From Octopus bimaculoides (Eukaryota): a DNA stretch of 32,011 bases. Under the pieces are notes generated by a model that worked only from the letters and a program-made list of their open reading frames with translations, searched no databases and was not told the origin of the DNA. The position numbers and the translations under genes were made by a program. Below are positions 1-11,683 of the stretch, one piece after another. Each line of letters starts with the position of its first letter. The first letter of the stretch is position 1. Where the stretch lies: positions 70,212,272-70,244,282 of the forward strand of contig NC_068988.1 in NCBI RefSeq assembly GCF_001194135.2, in the 5' to 3' direction.

Positions 1-732
1 ATATATATATATATAACATGTATGTATGCATGTGCGTATACTTCTGGGAACAAGCATCATCTTTAGGCGTTCATTTCGATGAAGAGATTACGTCATGCAT
101 TTAGTTTTATTAGTCTAGAATAATTAAGATTATATAGACAACACAAATACCTACTCTACTAAAAGGTTAGTAAACCTCAACAATTAGTTGTAACTTAGTA
201 CCCACAAACATAACATTCACAAAATACTCAGTTTAAAATTTCTTAATAGAATTCTAAAAACATCAACTCCGGTTCAACACCAGCCCGACCTTTACAGTTT
301 TGACTGATTGATTCCTTAACAAAACGTCTTCTGTGAAACCTAAAACACAAGTGAACTCAACTTTCTATAAAATAATATCGTGACCTGAATTCGACATATT
401 TGTTTACATCTTTAGTTTTATGCCTGTATGATACTTAGACGATAAGATGATTCAAAATCATATATATATGTGTGAGTGGGTGTATAGTTAAAATTTACAT
501 AAAAGACGAAGACAGTGTATTAGTTAATGCTCGTGAAAAATGGAAAAGTTAATGCTCGTGAAAAATGGAAAAACTGTGTTGAATTCAGCGGTCCAACATG
601 GTGGGATGTGTGTGTGTGTGTGTGTGTGTTTGTGTGTGTGTGCGTGTGTGTGCGTGTGTGTGCGTGCGTTATATAAAATGTGAAAACAAAGCCAAGGCTG
701 TGGGGAATTTATAAGACATAAAGCGAAAGGTA

Positions 733-780
733 GTCTTACAGCTGTTTCTGGGATATTAGAGATATCTCTTCATCAGAAAC
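733..780 (-). ncRNA. Minimal type I hammerhead ribozyme motif (PLE-type, core intact)
   Basis: Minus strand reads gttt-CTGATGA-a-gagatat-ctcta-atatccc-a-GAAAC-agct-GTA-agac. It has the conserved core, stem II, a palindromic AGCT loop III, a GUA cleavage triplet and stem I gttt/agac. Confidence 0.65.
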
Positions 781-1040
781 AACATGAGAGAGTTAACTAG
801 AGGGAAATAATAGGGTTCAGTATAAGGAATTATTTTGGAAAAGGATGGATATAGGAAGTATAAAGGGAAATAAGAGAATAAAATTTAACATATATGTAGT
901 ATGTTACAGTTGCAGTTCCATTATCCAAGGAAATTGCTGTGTAGAATGGGTAGATATGCTTCCTTTCCATGGCACGTAGATTCCAAATCAACTCCTTATA
1001 TTGAAGTCTACTATTTCCCTCTAGTTAACTCCCTCATACC

Positions 1041-1088
1041 GTCTCCGATGAAGGGATATCTCTAATATTCCAGAAACAGCTGTAAGAT
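1041..1088 (+). ncRNA. Minimal hammerhead motif, one core substitution
   Basis: gtct-CCGATGA-a-gggatat-ctcta-atattcc-a-GAAAC-agct-GTA-agat. The U4>C change in CUGAUGA probably impairs it. Confidence 0.55.
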
Positions 1089-1384
1089 TACTTTTCTCTT
1101 TATACTGCCTTGGCTTTGTTGTATCATTTTATCTATGCTCATACAGGACCCGATTTAGACTCCTTACTCGTATTATCATCATCAAACTGAGAGTCAAACT
1201 ACGGTCCTCACGTAGCACTTACATAGCCTTACCTGCCATCTTGGACCTTCCGGATACTAATCTCTCTCATATATATATATATTTATACTTGCATATATTT
1301 ATACAAACCATGTACATCTTTTATATATACTTGTGCGTATGTATAGCTATGGAAATACAATATGTGCGCGCACACACACAAGCA

Positions 1385-1440
<56 letters not shown>

Positions 1441-1606
1441 TCTAAACTTTTGATGCTACTTTACTCTGCCACTGTCTCTGGTCATGCTTGGAGAAATTGT
1501 GTGTGCATGTGTGTATTTACGTTTGTGTGTGTATTTTCGTCTTTTACTAGTTTAATTTCGAGAGCGGTGGCCATGCTTGAGTACCGTTAGCGTTGCTACA
1601 CTTTCA

Positions 1607-2040
1607 CTACTTGAAACCTTTTATGCTATGTGGAATTTGGTGAATGATGGAGTTAGATGCAGCTACCTTGATGTATGTTTCCTGCTGTGAGTTAGGCTCG
1701 TCTGGAACCCTTGACGGGAAGAGATCCAGTTTTGTTCTGAATCATATAGGTCACTCAGGCGATTTGGGAGCATAATGAAGATCTGTGGACTCTAGAGATG
1801 CAATCTGTTGTAGTATCTGTTCTAGTATCCTGATAGTGAAGCTGGGATCTTTGCCACTATGCAATGGCACTCCGTGCTGCTGTTTGCATAAGCCCTTCTA
1901 CGATTTGCTACTACCTCCATTTTTATATCTGTAGTGGTAAAAAATTTTACAGGTGTGCTGGCTTGCATGTGCCATAAGTGTTTGGTGGAAACACTTTTGA
2001 ATTGTTCATTCAGTGTTTCACTTATCCTCATTCGGTTTCT
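1607..2040 (-). mobile_element. CR1-group LINE ORF2 3' fragment, frameshifted and internally deleted
   Basis: Manual minus-strand translation gives PQIFIMLPNRLSDL / FRTKLDLFPSRVPDEPNSQQETYIKVAASNSIIHQIP..*, matching the GPxLFNxLP..FKxKLDxFLxxIPDEP..SNS C-terminus. Upstream ISETLNEQFKSVS resembles the pre-RT linker (EILNxQFxSVFT). Confidence 0.6.
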
Positions 2041-3072
2041 CCAGAGGGAACCATCTTTCTAGGGGAGTAGCCCTATCCCGCAACGCACTACCATTTTAAA
2101 AGACAACCACAATAAATGATGGTAGTTTAGTGTATCCTAACATAATGCTGTATTCATAGTTGGAATTCTCATGTCTATACATCTGCTTGGTAACGTTTAA
2201 CTTAGAATAAACATCCACAATATAATGACGTAATTTTTCTCTGGTTGCGTGTGTTTCATGTGAGTACGTGTGTGTGTACGTGTGTGTGAATGGTTGTGTA
2301 TATGAGAGAGAGGGACAGAGAGAAAGAAAGAAAGAAAGAAAGAAAGAGACAAAGCAATCATTTCCATGTTGGTAGGCATATTAAAGTGGAGTTGCTCAAA
2401 CAAACTCTATACACACGTTTTTTGAAACAGTTTCAAAATTACTTAGTAGTTTAGTAACTAGTAAGTAGTTTATAACTGCATGTTCTAAAATAATGCAATT
2501 ATTCGTTACTAACATATATTTATCAACCTATATTCCTCAAGATAACCCGTACTAAGTATTTTATGTGTTCTTCACATGGCATATATCTGATGTCCATTCT
2601 TCGGTTAGCTTTATTGATGACCACATGCTGACTGGCTCCGTAAATTCGAGGAATCAAAATTATACTGCCTAGTTTCATATGAGTGAGAGAGACCGGCAGA
2701 TAGGCGAACGTTGAATCATAACGTATAAGATGTCTAAATGCATCCCTGTTTGTAGAAAAGTTCTTTGCAGCCTGTAAACATATGATATGATTTCAAACCA
2801 AACGTCTGCCTTGTTGACTTGTTCAGAGCATATCACTTGAAAATTATCTAAATACAGCAATGATATATATATGTTCTATAATGTTTAGACAGTTACTTTT
2901 GTACTTTAAAATTAGGAGTGTGAAGCTGTGAGAATAATAGTACAGCCAATTTTAACTACATCGTTTTATTTATAGGAATCCGACCCAAAAAACTCCGGTT
3001 AAACTTACTGTTCTGTAAATCAATTGTCATCCCTCCTCTACAAAAAAGACCTTTCTGTACTGGTTAGTTTTA

Positions 3073-3122
<50 letters not shown>

Positions 3123-3125
<3 letters not shown>

Positions 3126-4398
3126 GGGTTGGAAAAATAATGGTAACACCTAGTATCATAGCATCATAATTTTGAAATATCTATATAACCGTCAAAAGCT
3201 TGTATGTTTTTATGTTTCTATTTATTTATTATTATTGTTGCTTAATATGTCTTGCTAAAATTGCTGCTTTATCATCAGGAAAAGGTAATTAAAATTCATT
3301 AAAATGACAGATCTATCGGACTTTCAAGGAGGTCAAATTATTGGTGCTCGTATGGCAGACACTAACATAAGAAAACAGTTGAAATGTTTGGTGTATCAAA
3401 AAGTACTGTCTCAATAGTAATGACATCCTTTGAGAAAGAGGGAAAAACCTCCTCGTCGAAACAAAACTCCGGTAGAAAACCAAAACGTACAGATAGAGAC
3501 CGTCGGACTCTTACACGGATTGTTAGAAAGGATCACAAAAGTACAGCTCCCAAAATTACTGCAGAGCTTAATGACTACTTCGGGAGCCCAGTTTCCACCA
3601 AAACTGTTCGCCAGAAGCTGCACAAAGCCAGATTTCACGGGAGGGCTGCAATCAGAAAACCACTAGCTTCAAAAACAAACGTTGCAAAGCGTTTACAGTG
3701 GAGTAAAACCCTATAGAATCGGTCCTTAGAGCAATGGAAGAATGTTATGTTCTCAGACGAGTCATCCTTTACCTTATTTCCAACCACTGGCTGAGTATAC
3801 GTGTGGAGACAGCCAAAAGACGCATTTGACGCAGACTGTCTTCTTCCAACTGTTAACGATAGAGGAGGATTTGTGATGGTCTAGGTGGGGGGGTGGTTTG
3901 CTATATCTTGGAAATCCGCCGGTCCAATGGTTTCCTTTCATGGCAGAATTAATAGTCAAGACTATTTAAACATTTTATCTGATCAACTTCATCCTATGGT
4001 TGTGGAACTGTTTCCGGAGGGAAATGTAATCTTTCAGGATGATAATGCACCAATTCACATAGCTAAAGTTGTTACTGAATGTCACGAGGGATATTCTAGT
4101 AAAGTTGAACATCTTATCGGGCGACCACAGCCCCCAGATCTCAGTATAATTGAATATTTATGGTGCATTTTAGAAAAATAAGTAAGGAGTTGATATCCTC
4201 CACCATCATCACTACAAGAACTGGTGACTGTTTTAGCTGAAGAATGGACAAACATTCATTTGGAAACAATTCAAATTTTGTAGGAGTTCATACTTCATAG
4301 AATTCAAGCTGTAATTACTGCCAAAGTCGGTCCTACCCGATATTAAAATAAATTTGTTTGAAATTTGAAGATATTTCTGTTAATTTGTCCAACCCCTG
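3123..4398 (+). mobile_element. Full-length Tc1-type DNA transposon (1276 bp), DD36E / Incomer-like
   Basis: TA at 3121-3122 and 4399-4400. Termini CAGGGGTTGGA are perfect inverted 11-mers within about 29-bp degenerate TIRs. A transposase relic lies inside. Confidence 0.92.
3304..4346 (+). pseudogene. Tc1-family transposase pseudogene
   Basis: MTDLSDFQGGQIIGARMA, a frameshift, then MFGVSKSTVS (HTH), GRKPK, FSDES, FQDDNAPIH, PDLSIIEYLW, RIQAVITAKVGPTRY*. Several premature stops (e.g. 3714, 4179). 36 residues lie between the second D and the E. Confidence 0.9.
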
Positions 4399-5123
4399 TA
4401 TATATGTGTGTGCGTATGTGTGTATGTGCGCACAAGTTGTAAAGGTGTGAGTACTGCAGTATATGTTACGTTGTAATTTGTCTTCATGTTTGCTCTGATC
4501 CAGTAGACGAATGAACATAGGCATTGAAATCGTATCCATCCCACTTTTTTATATGTATACTGACGCCAGAGGCTTCAATTGTGATTGAATCTTGGTGAAC
4601 TGAATGTAAGAACATGTTTCCATTGTTGTTATATCTATTTCTTTTACACTTCAATATCCCTTTATAAAGTGTTGACAATAATTTTCAGAATTTTGATATC
4701 ACAGCAACTGATGATGCGCAAGGCTAAAATCTAGTATGAGAAAACCGTGAAAGACAGAATCTAGAGCGTTGGATTACCTCATATTATAATGTTTGTTATT
4801 AACATGCAAAATGGAAAAGCAGAAAGGCATAGCTAGAGAGATAATGCACATATATGTAAATACTGATGGTTACACGAAAATGATATTAGAGGAAGATCGA
4901 TTTACTGAGATGTAGATATTAGTAGTTCAAATCTTATCGAGCGTGCGAATGTATTTAATGAAAGAGATTCTATCTTAAGAAGAAGTTAAAAGCTATCGCA
5001 ACAAAAAGACTTTTTCAACTGTTGTAGAACAATATCTCTGTATTATTTCGCAATGATTCATTCACATATATGCAAGTGCACACATGCACACCTGTTCTCT
5101 TTCTCCCCGTCTCTCATTCTTCC

Positions 5124-5179
<56 letters not shown>

Positions 5180-5401
5180 NNNNNNNNNNNNNNNNNNNNN
5201 NNNNNNNNNNNNNNNNNNNNNNNNNNNNNNNNNNNNNNNNNNNNNNNNNNNNNNNNNNNNNNNNNNNNNNNNNNNNNNNNNNNNNNNNNNNNNNNNNNNN
5301 NNNNNNNNNNNNNNNNNNNNNNNNNNNNNNNNNNNNNNNNNNNNNNNNNNNNNNNNNNNNNNNNNNNNNNNNNNNNNNNNNNNNNNNNNNNNNNNNNNNN
5401 N

Positions 5402-5715
5402 TTTATCTCTTACTTGTTTCAAGCATTAGACTGTTGCCATGCTGGGGCACTGCCTTGAAGAATTTTTGGCCGAATGTATCTACCCCCAGTACTTAGCTTC
5501 TTTGTTTGTTTTTTTTTGCTGTTAATCCTGGTTCTTATTCTATCGGACTCTTTTGCCGAACGTTTCGGTACGGGGACGTAAACACACCATCACCGGTTGT
5601 CAAATCAAGTGATGGTGGCGGATATACACAGACAGGAATAAACACACTCACACATGCACACACACTTACACGCACACACACAAATATATATAAGACGGGC
5701 TTCTTTCATTTTCTA
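5402..5715 (-). mobile_element. SINE family B (CORE-like), 3' part with internal (CA)n, diverged
   Basis: Homologous to 26590-26870 (ttacttgtttca..gccatgctgg..cttattctatcgg.ctcttttgccgaac..cggggacgtaaacacacc..gacgggcttctttca). Confidence 0.8.
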
Positions 5716-5758
5716 TATTTCTTACCACACAGCCATGCATGCATCTTACATCTTATAA

Positions 5759-5811
<53 letters not shown>

Positions 5812-5822
5812 CNNNNNNNNNN

Positions 5823-5874
<52 letters not shown>

Positions 5875-7262
5875 ACAAACACACGCATATATAAATGTCA
5901 CCGAAGCGACTAAGGGCATGAGAGAGCACCAGCATTGCTAGAAGTAAGAGTCAAAGCAACTCATAACGACGGAAAGCACTTATTTTATGACTGACAAGGG
6001 AGGCGATCTCCCTACAGCACCCGGGGCATAGCCAGATCACCGTGATTTCGAATTTGATTGACGCTTGTCAGTGGCTCTTGCCCGGCTGCCTAGGGTTAAG
6101 CTAGCTCGCCTTGTCAGTTTATAAGGATTATCGTAGAAATCGTACGCTGATTTCATAAATAGTGAAAGTGAAAATTATAAATGATAAAGGTGGCTTATTC
6201 ACAATTTACAACCGAAAAGCAGAAGTATAGACGCCACTTAAGTGACTAAAGGCCCTAGACAGTACCAGAATTGCTAGAAATAAGAGTCATCACAAGTCTT
6301 AGCCACGAGACGAGGACAGGTGAGGGAACAACAAGCAGACGTGTTAGTTTGATGCTCGGGTAGAATGGAAATGTCTCTGACGTTTCGAGTCTACGCTCTT
6401 CGACAGAAATGGTTGAGAAGAAAAAAATGGAGAATGAAAAACATGGGTAGGGATTAACGGTTCAACACGCACACACGCACACACACATATATATGTATGT
6501 ATTTCTCTCTCTCCCTCTCTCTCTCTCTCCTTCTCTCTCTCTCCCNNNNNNNNNNNNNNNNNNNNNNNNNNNNNNNNNNNNNNNNNNNNNNNNNNNNNNN
6601 NNNNNNNNNNNNNNNNNNNNNNNNNNNNNNNNNNNNNNNNNNNNNNNNNNNNNNNNNNNNNNNNNNNNNNNNNNNNNNNNNNNNNNNNNNNNNNNNNNNN
6701 NNNNNNNNNNNNNNNNNNNNNNNNNNNNNNNNNNNNNNNNNNNNNNNNNNNNNNNNNNNNNNNNNNNNNNNNNNNNNNNNNNNNNNNNNNNNNNNNNNNN
6801 NNNNNNNNNNNNNNNNNNNNNNNNNNNNNNNNNNNNNNNNNNNNNNNNNNNNNNNNNNNNNNNNNNNNNNNNNNNNNNNNNNNNNNNNNNNNNNNNNNNN
6901 NNNNNNNNNNNNNNNNNNNNNNNNNNNNNNNNNNNNNNNNNNNNNNNNNNNNNNNNNNNNNNNNNNNNNNNNNNNNNNNNNNNNNNNNNNNNNNNNNNNN
7001 NNNNNNNNNNNNNNNNNNNNNNNNNNNNNNNNNNNNNNNNNNNNNNNNNNNNNNNNNNNNNNNNNNNNNNNNNNNNNNNNNNNNNNNNNNNNNNNNNNNN
7101 NNTATAATACATTTACATGAAGAGAGAAGAGTAGTAACTACAATTTCGATGTGTCAACAGTTGGAACCCTGTTTGTAGTTCTTTCACCTCGTCTTTGAAC
7201 TGTCATTAATTTTGCGCCATAAATGTGCGTGTGAGTGAGTGTGTGTGTGTGTGTGTATGTGT

Positions 7263-7305
<43 letters not shown>

Positions 7306-9664
7306 TGTTGCATGCGTGTGTGTGTTGTGCGTGTTTGTATGTGTGTCTGTGTAAATGATGTGCGGGGGATAACTACCACCAAATCATGGAGGTGAACGCG
7401 TGCCTAGGAGTTTAAGTACTAAAAATACCTCCACTCACACCAAAAGTCAGATACATTGTGCTACGTTAAGAGTCTATAGCAATATAAATCATAGCAAGGA
7501 GGGAGTAAAAAAAGACAATATTTCTACGGATAAGGCCTACCATCACGAGCAAAGAAACTACTGATACATTGAGAACTGCTAGAAACTGGAAAATGTCAAC
7601 ACGAATCATTGTCCCCAAACTTCTGGCTGTGATCACTTGTAGCTGTGATCACATATCTAATGAAATGATAGGTGGACAAAATTTTAGAAGGACCGCTTTT
7701 CTATATGAACATCTCACTCAGGCATATGCGGGAATGAAAGTAATCTACATGCATATTGGCAAGTCGTATAGGTTAAGTGATATCTTTTAGATTAGGTAAG
7801 GGTAGCATATGGTATCATGTTTTACTTGTAAGGCTAAGGACGAGATGAACAAACAAGCAATGTGGGAGTGTCACACGTGTGCCCATCGACTAATGTCGTT
7901 ACACTTGGAACAAAGAAATCAATCGGCAATCATTTTAAGGGACATTGGTGACGATGGTGACCTCTGGTTTGCAGCTGCTTCAATAGAGAATAATGTGTAT
8001 ATGGTCGTCAGAGTTTGTTGTACTCTAGAGTGGAATGATGAGCCTCAGCAGCGCACATGTGACTGTAAATGTCACTTAAGGGCTTGCGCATCAAAAGAAT
8101 AGGGAGGAAAAAACATGTAACACCCGCTAAAGTTGGTCACGGAGTCCGCTTGTCTTTTCGCACGAAATGGCACAAATAATGAAACGTAGATTTATCAGAC
8201 CAGTAAGCCAATTAAATTTTTATCCCAGGCATACCTAACAGCACAACCCCATCATCTTGCGACGATGAAGAACTGATGGGGACGAGCAGGAACAACAGGT
8301 TCCTAGAGACAGAGAGGAAGGCAATAAAAAGGTACATGATGACTCATAAATAGAACACATTTCAAGAGGTGACATGTTAAACATTTAAGGATCTTATTTC
8401 TTCCTCTCTCCTACGTTGCAGTGAAATTCACAGTTCATCGTACAACAAAGAACAGATGGAAGACAGAAACTATCCAATTACCTTTGAGATAAATTCATAG
8501 CTGACTGGTGAGGTGATGGTCTCCGATTACGTGAGGACTTCGAAAATAAATGACGACCGAAGAATAATGTTCTGATGAACTTTGCATGAACCATGATCAG
8601 GACGTATTTTCGTCACAAACCATAAACTGCCAACGGTTATTCTTTTCATGGGTATATATGTGAACTGCCAAACCGGAAAAAAGATGGTCGTGTGACACAA
8701 TAAGTGTCATTCAGGCGAACGTTTCTCACCCGTGTGTAGGTGAGTTACCTTACTAAAGTGCCATATTTGTTTTGTTTATATTGATATCCTGTCTTAATGT
8801 CTTATGTTCATACCTCATTTTGTTTTAAAATAATATCTGTTTTAAACAACTTCATTATATAACGTATCATTTCTTCGTTTCTGCACAACGGCCTTCACTA
8901 TGTTCACAAGGTTTGTCGCCCCTTGCGTAATATTTTATTTGTACTTATGCGTAGATACTTGTGGTGAATCCTCCTCCTCCTCCTCCTCCTCCTCCTCGTC
9001 ATCGTCGTCGTCGTCGAAGTTTAAACACTATTTTATAGACGTTCAAATGTTTTGTATTTTGTTCGATACTTGTTCTGATTAATGAGCTGCATAAATGATA
9101 ATTAGTTGGTTATTAATGCAAAAATAAGTTCGTGTAATGAAGACCATGTGAGGACAAAACTATGACGAACACCAGCTAACAAGCTAGCTGCCCCTTCCGG
9201 CTATACACACAGGGATTAGGGAACACCACTAATGAATAACTAATGATCACGAGATGTGTATGTGTGTGTATGTGTGTGCACGTGTGTGTGCTTGTGTGTA
9301 TGTGAATGTTCGTGTGTCTGTGTGAGTTTGTGCGTGTGTAGATGTCCATATAATTTTATATGCGAGTATGGTGACTCTTCTAATACATAGAGAGTTATTT
9401 AGTATAGTCAATTGTTCGAGCGTGATTCTTCTTAACCGTTTAGACGTACGATAGAACATATTAATCAAACGAATTATATATGCATGTCTATTATATGTAT
9501 GTGTGTGTGTGTGTGTGTGCGTGTGTGTATATATATACAGAGAGAGAGATAGATAGATAGATAGACAGATAGATATGTGCATAGATACATATATACACAC
9601 ATACGCACACTAGACATGCATACATGCACATACATATATAAATCTATCAATGCATGTATCTATT

Positions 9665-9704
<40 letters not shown>

Positions 9705-10890
9705 NNNNNNNNNNTATATACATGCACACACGCATACACATACACACGCATGTATCTGTGTATCGGTATTTCGCAACATTGTTATTAACAAGTGAATATC
9801 TATAATATATTACAATACATTCAATAATAATGTATTTATATATATGTGGGACTATCATTGTAATCTAGTAACTATAAGACCTACTATTTCTGATGTACTG
9901 CATATCTCTAGCAATGACACAATCACTACTAGAAACCTTGTAAATTCTCTGTTACCCATAAACTCTTTCTATTTGAGCCAATGTACATATGAGTGGTTGG
10001 ATGCCTGTATGCATGCGGCTATGAGAGCATTAGTTTGTGTGTATGTCAGATGAGTTTTCGCTGATGTCTGTGTTTCTGATGTGGTGAGTGATTATGCATG
10101 AACCACTACAAATAATTTCTAACCGTTAACACAGATTGCTGAAACACAAGTAAACCAACCACGAAGTAATTTGGTACTCAGTTCTTCAAAACAGAAAACT
10201 AATATTTGAAGAAATGACGAAGAGTTTTGGGAAATTTCCAATGTTACAATCAGAGGAAGGGAAGAGGAAAAGGGGGAAAGAGAGAAAGATAGGGAGGGTA
10301 AGGGAGTGGATAGTCGAGATTCTGATTTTAGTGGAACCAAATGAGCTGCCGTGTGTCTTGTAAGTTGTTCGATCTATTGATATTGCAGTCCAACCTTTCA
10401 TCACACTTCTTTTGTCAAGTATTCGTCCTTGATTCAATGAAAAATACTTCCAAGAGATTCATTAGTTCCTGACACAGAATTAATGAAACATGGGCAGCGA
10501 AAAAACAAAAAAAAACGAAGAAACGAAAAGAAAAGTATACGAAGAAAACCATTGTATTGTTCAGATTTTTTCTTGATGTTAATGTTTCGCCAGCTGCTTC
10601 CGATGCAAAGCTATTACTATAACTACTGCTAGTAGTGGTGGCAGTAGCAACCGTTAGTAATTGTAAAAATAGTAGCTACAATACAAACGCACAAGTATGT
10701 AGAAGATAGGAAATAGTTGATGGAATAGAGCCATGTCTACTACTGATGCTAACTTTCTGTTGTTAGGAAAAATGAAATATTAAAGACAACGTGTGAGTTA
10801 TGAATATAATTATACTGAACTGTATGACTGATTTAGTTTCTCCTAGTTGAAAAGTGTTACCACTAACAAAAACACCACAGAAATAATAAT

Positions 10891-11099
10891 TTCAATTATA
10901 GGCACATTGTCTGAAATTTGGTGACAATGGAGCTAGTCTATCACATCTACACAAAAGTTCAACTTGTACTTATTTTACCAATTCCGAAAGGATGAAAAGC
11001 AAAGTCCACCTCGTCAGAATTAGATCTCAGAAGGCAATGGCAGACGAAATGTTGCTAAGCACTTTTCCCGGCTATATAATGGTTTTGCTAGTTCACCGC
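10891..11099 (-). mobile_element. SINE family A, old diverged copy
   Basis: Contains gaaaggatgaaaagcaaagtccacctcg..ggcagacgaaatg..ctaagcac, the reverse complement of the family-A body. Tail-2 (taggcac..gaaatttgg) is at the left end. Confidence 0.7.
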
Positions 11100-11111
11100 A
11101 ATAATAATAAT

Positions 11112-11322
11112 CATTTCTACAATAGTCATAAAGCCTCAAAGTTGTGGGGAGGGGATAAGTCGATCACATCGACGCCAGAATTTTACTGGTACTTGATTTA
11201 TCGATCTCGATAGGATAAAAAGCAAAGTCGACTTCGCCGAAATTTGAAATTAGAACGTAAAGAAGGGCGAAATACTGCTAAGTATTTTACCCGGTGTGCT
11301 AACGATTATGTCTGCTCGCTGC
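11112..11322 (-). mobile_element. SINE family A (tRNA head, tail-2)
   Basis: Reverse complement begins gcagcgagcagac..atcgttagcacaccggg, with a B-box-like ctaatttcaaatttc and the central gc(t)tttt..atcc..gatcgataaatcaagtaccag segment. Flanked by aataat. Confidence 0.85.
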
Positions 11323-11340
11323 AATAATAGTTATCATTAT

Positions 11341-11683
11341 TTCTACTCTAGGCACAAGGGCTTGAAAATTTTGAGGGAAGGGATCAGTCGATTATATCAA
11401 ACCCAGTGCGTAGTTACGCACTGGTACTTATTTCATCGACGCCGAAAGGGTGAAAGAGAAAGACGACCTCGGCGGAATTTGAACTCAGAACGCAGTGGCA
11501 GACGAAATACCTATTTCTTTACTGCCCACAACGGGCTACACACAGAGGGGACAAACAAGGACAGACAAACGGATTAAGTCGATTATATCGACCCCAGTGC
11601 GTAACTGGTACTTAATTTATCGACCTTGAAAGAATGAAAGGCAAAGTCGACATCGGCGGAATTTGAACTCAGAACGCAGTGGC
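11341..11683 (-). mobile_element. Composite family-A SINE: young tail-1 unit joined to an older tail-2 copy; runs into a gap
   Basis: The body (gagttcaaattccgccga..gtcga..ttt..catcc..aagtaccag) occurs twice, joined at ..gtaaagaaata|ggtatttcgtctgcc. Confidence 0.85.

Larger units (their letters stand above)
673..1132. mobile_element. Long imperfect inverted repeat made of two PLE terminal-repeat-like arms, each carrying a hammerhead-like motif
   Basis: 718-840 aligns without gaps to the reverse complement of 981-1103 (about 18 mismatches in 123 nt by eye). Weaker pairing extends out to about 673/1132 and in to about 861/958. Confidence 0.8.

Noticed and set aside
7569-8102. Two adjacent ORFs (73 and 97 aa)
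   Set aside because: No recognisable motifs, and the lengths are within chance expectation.
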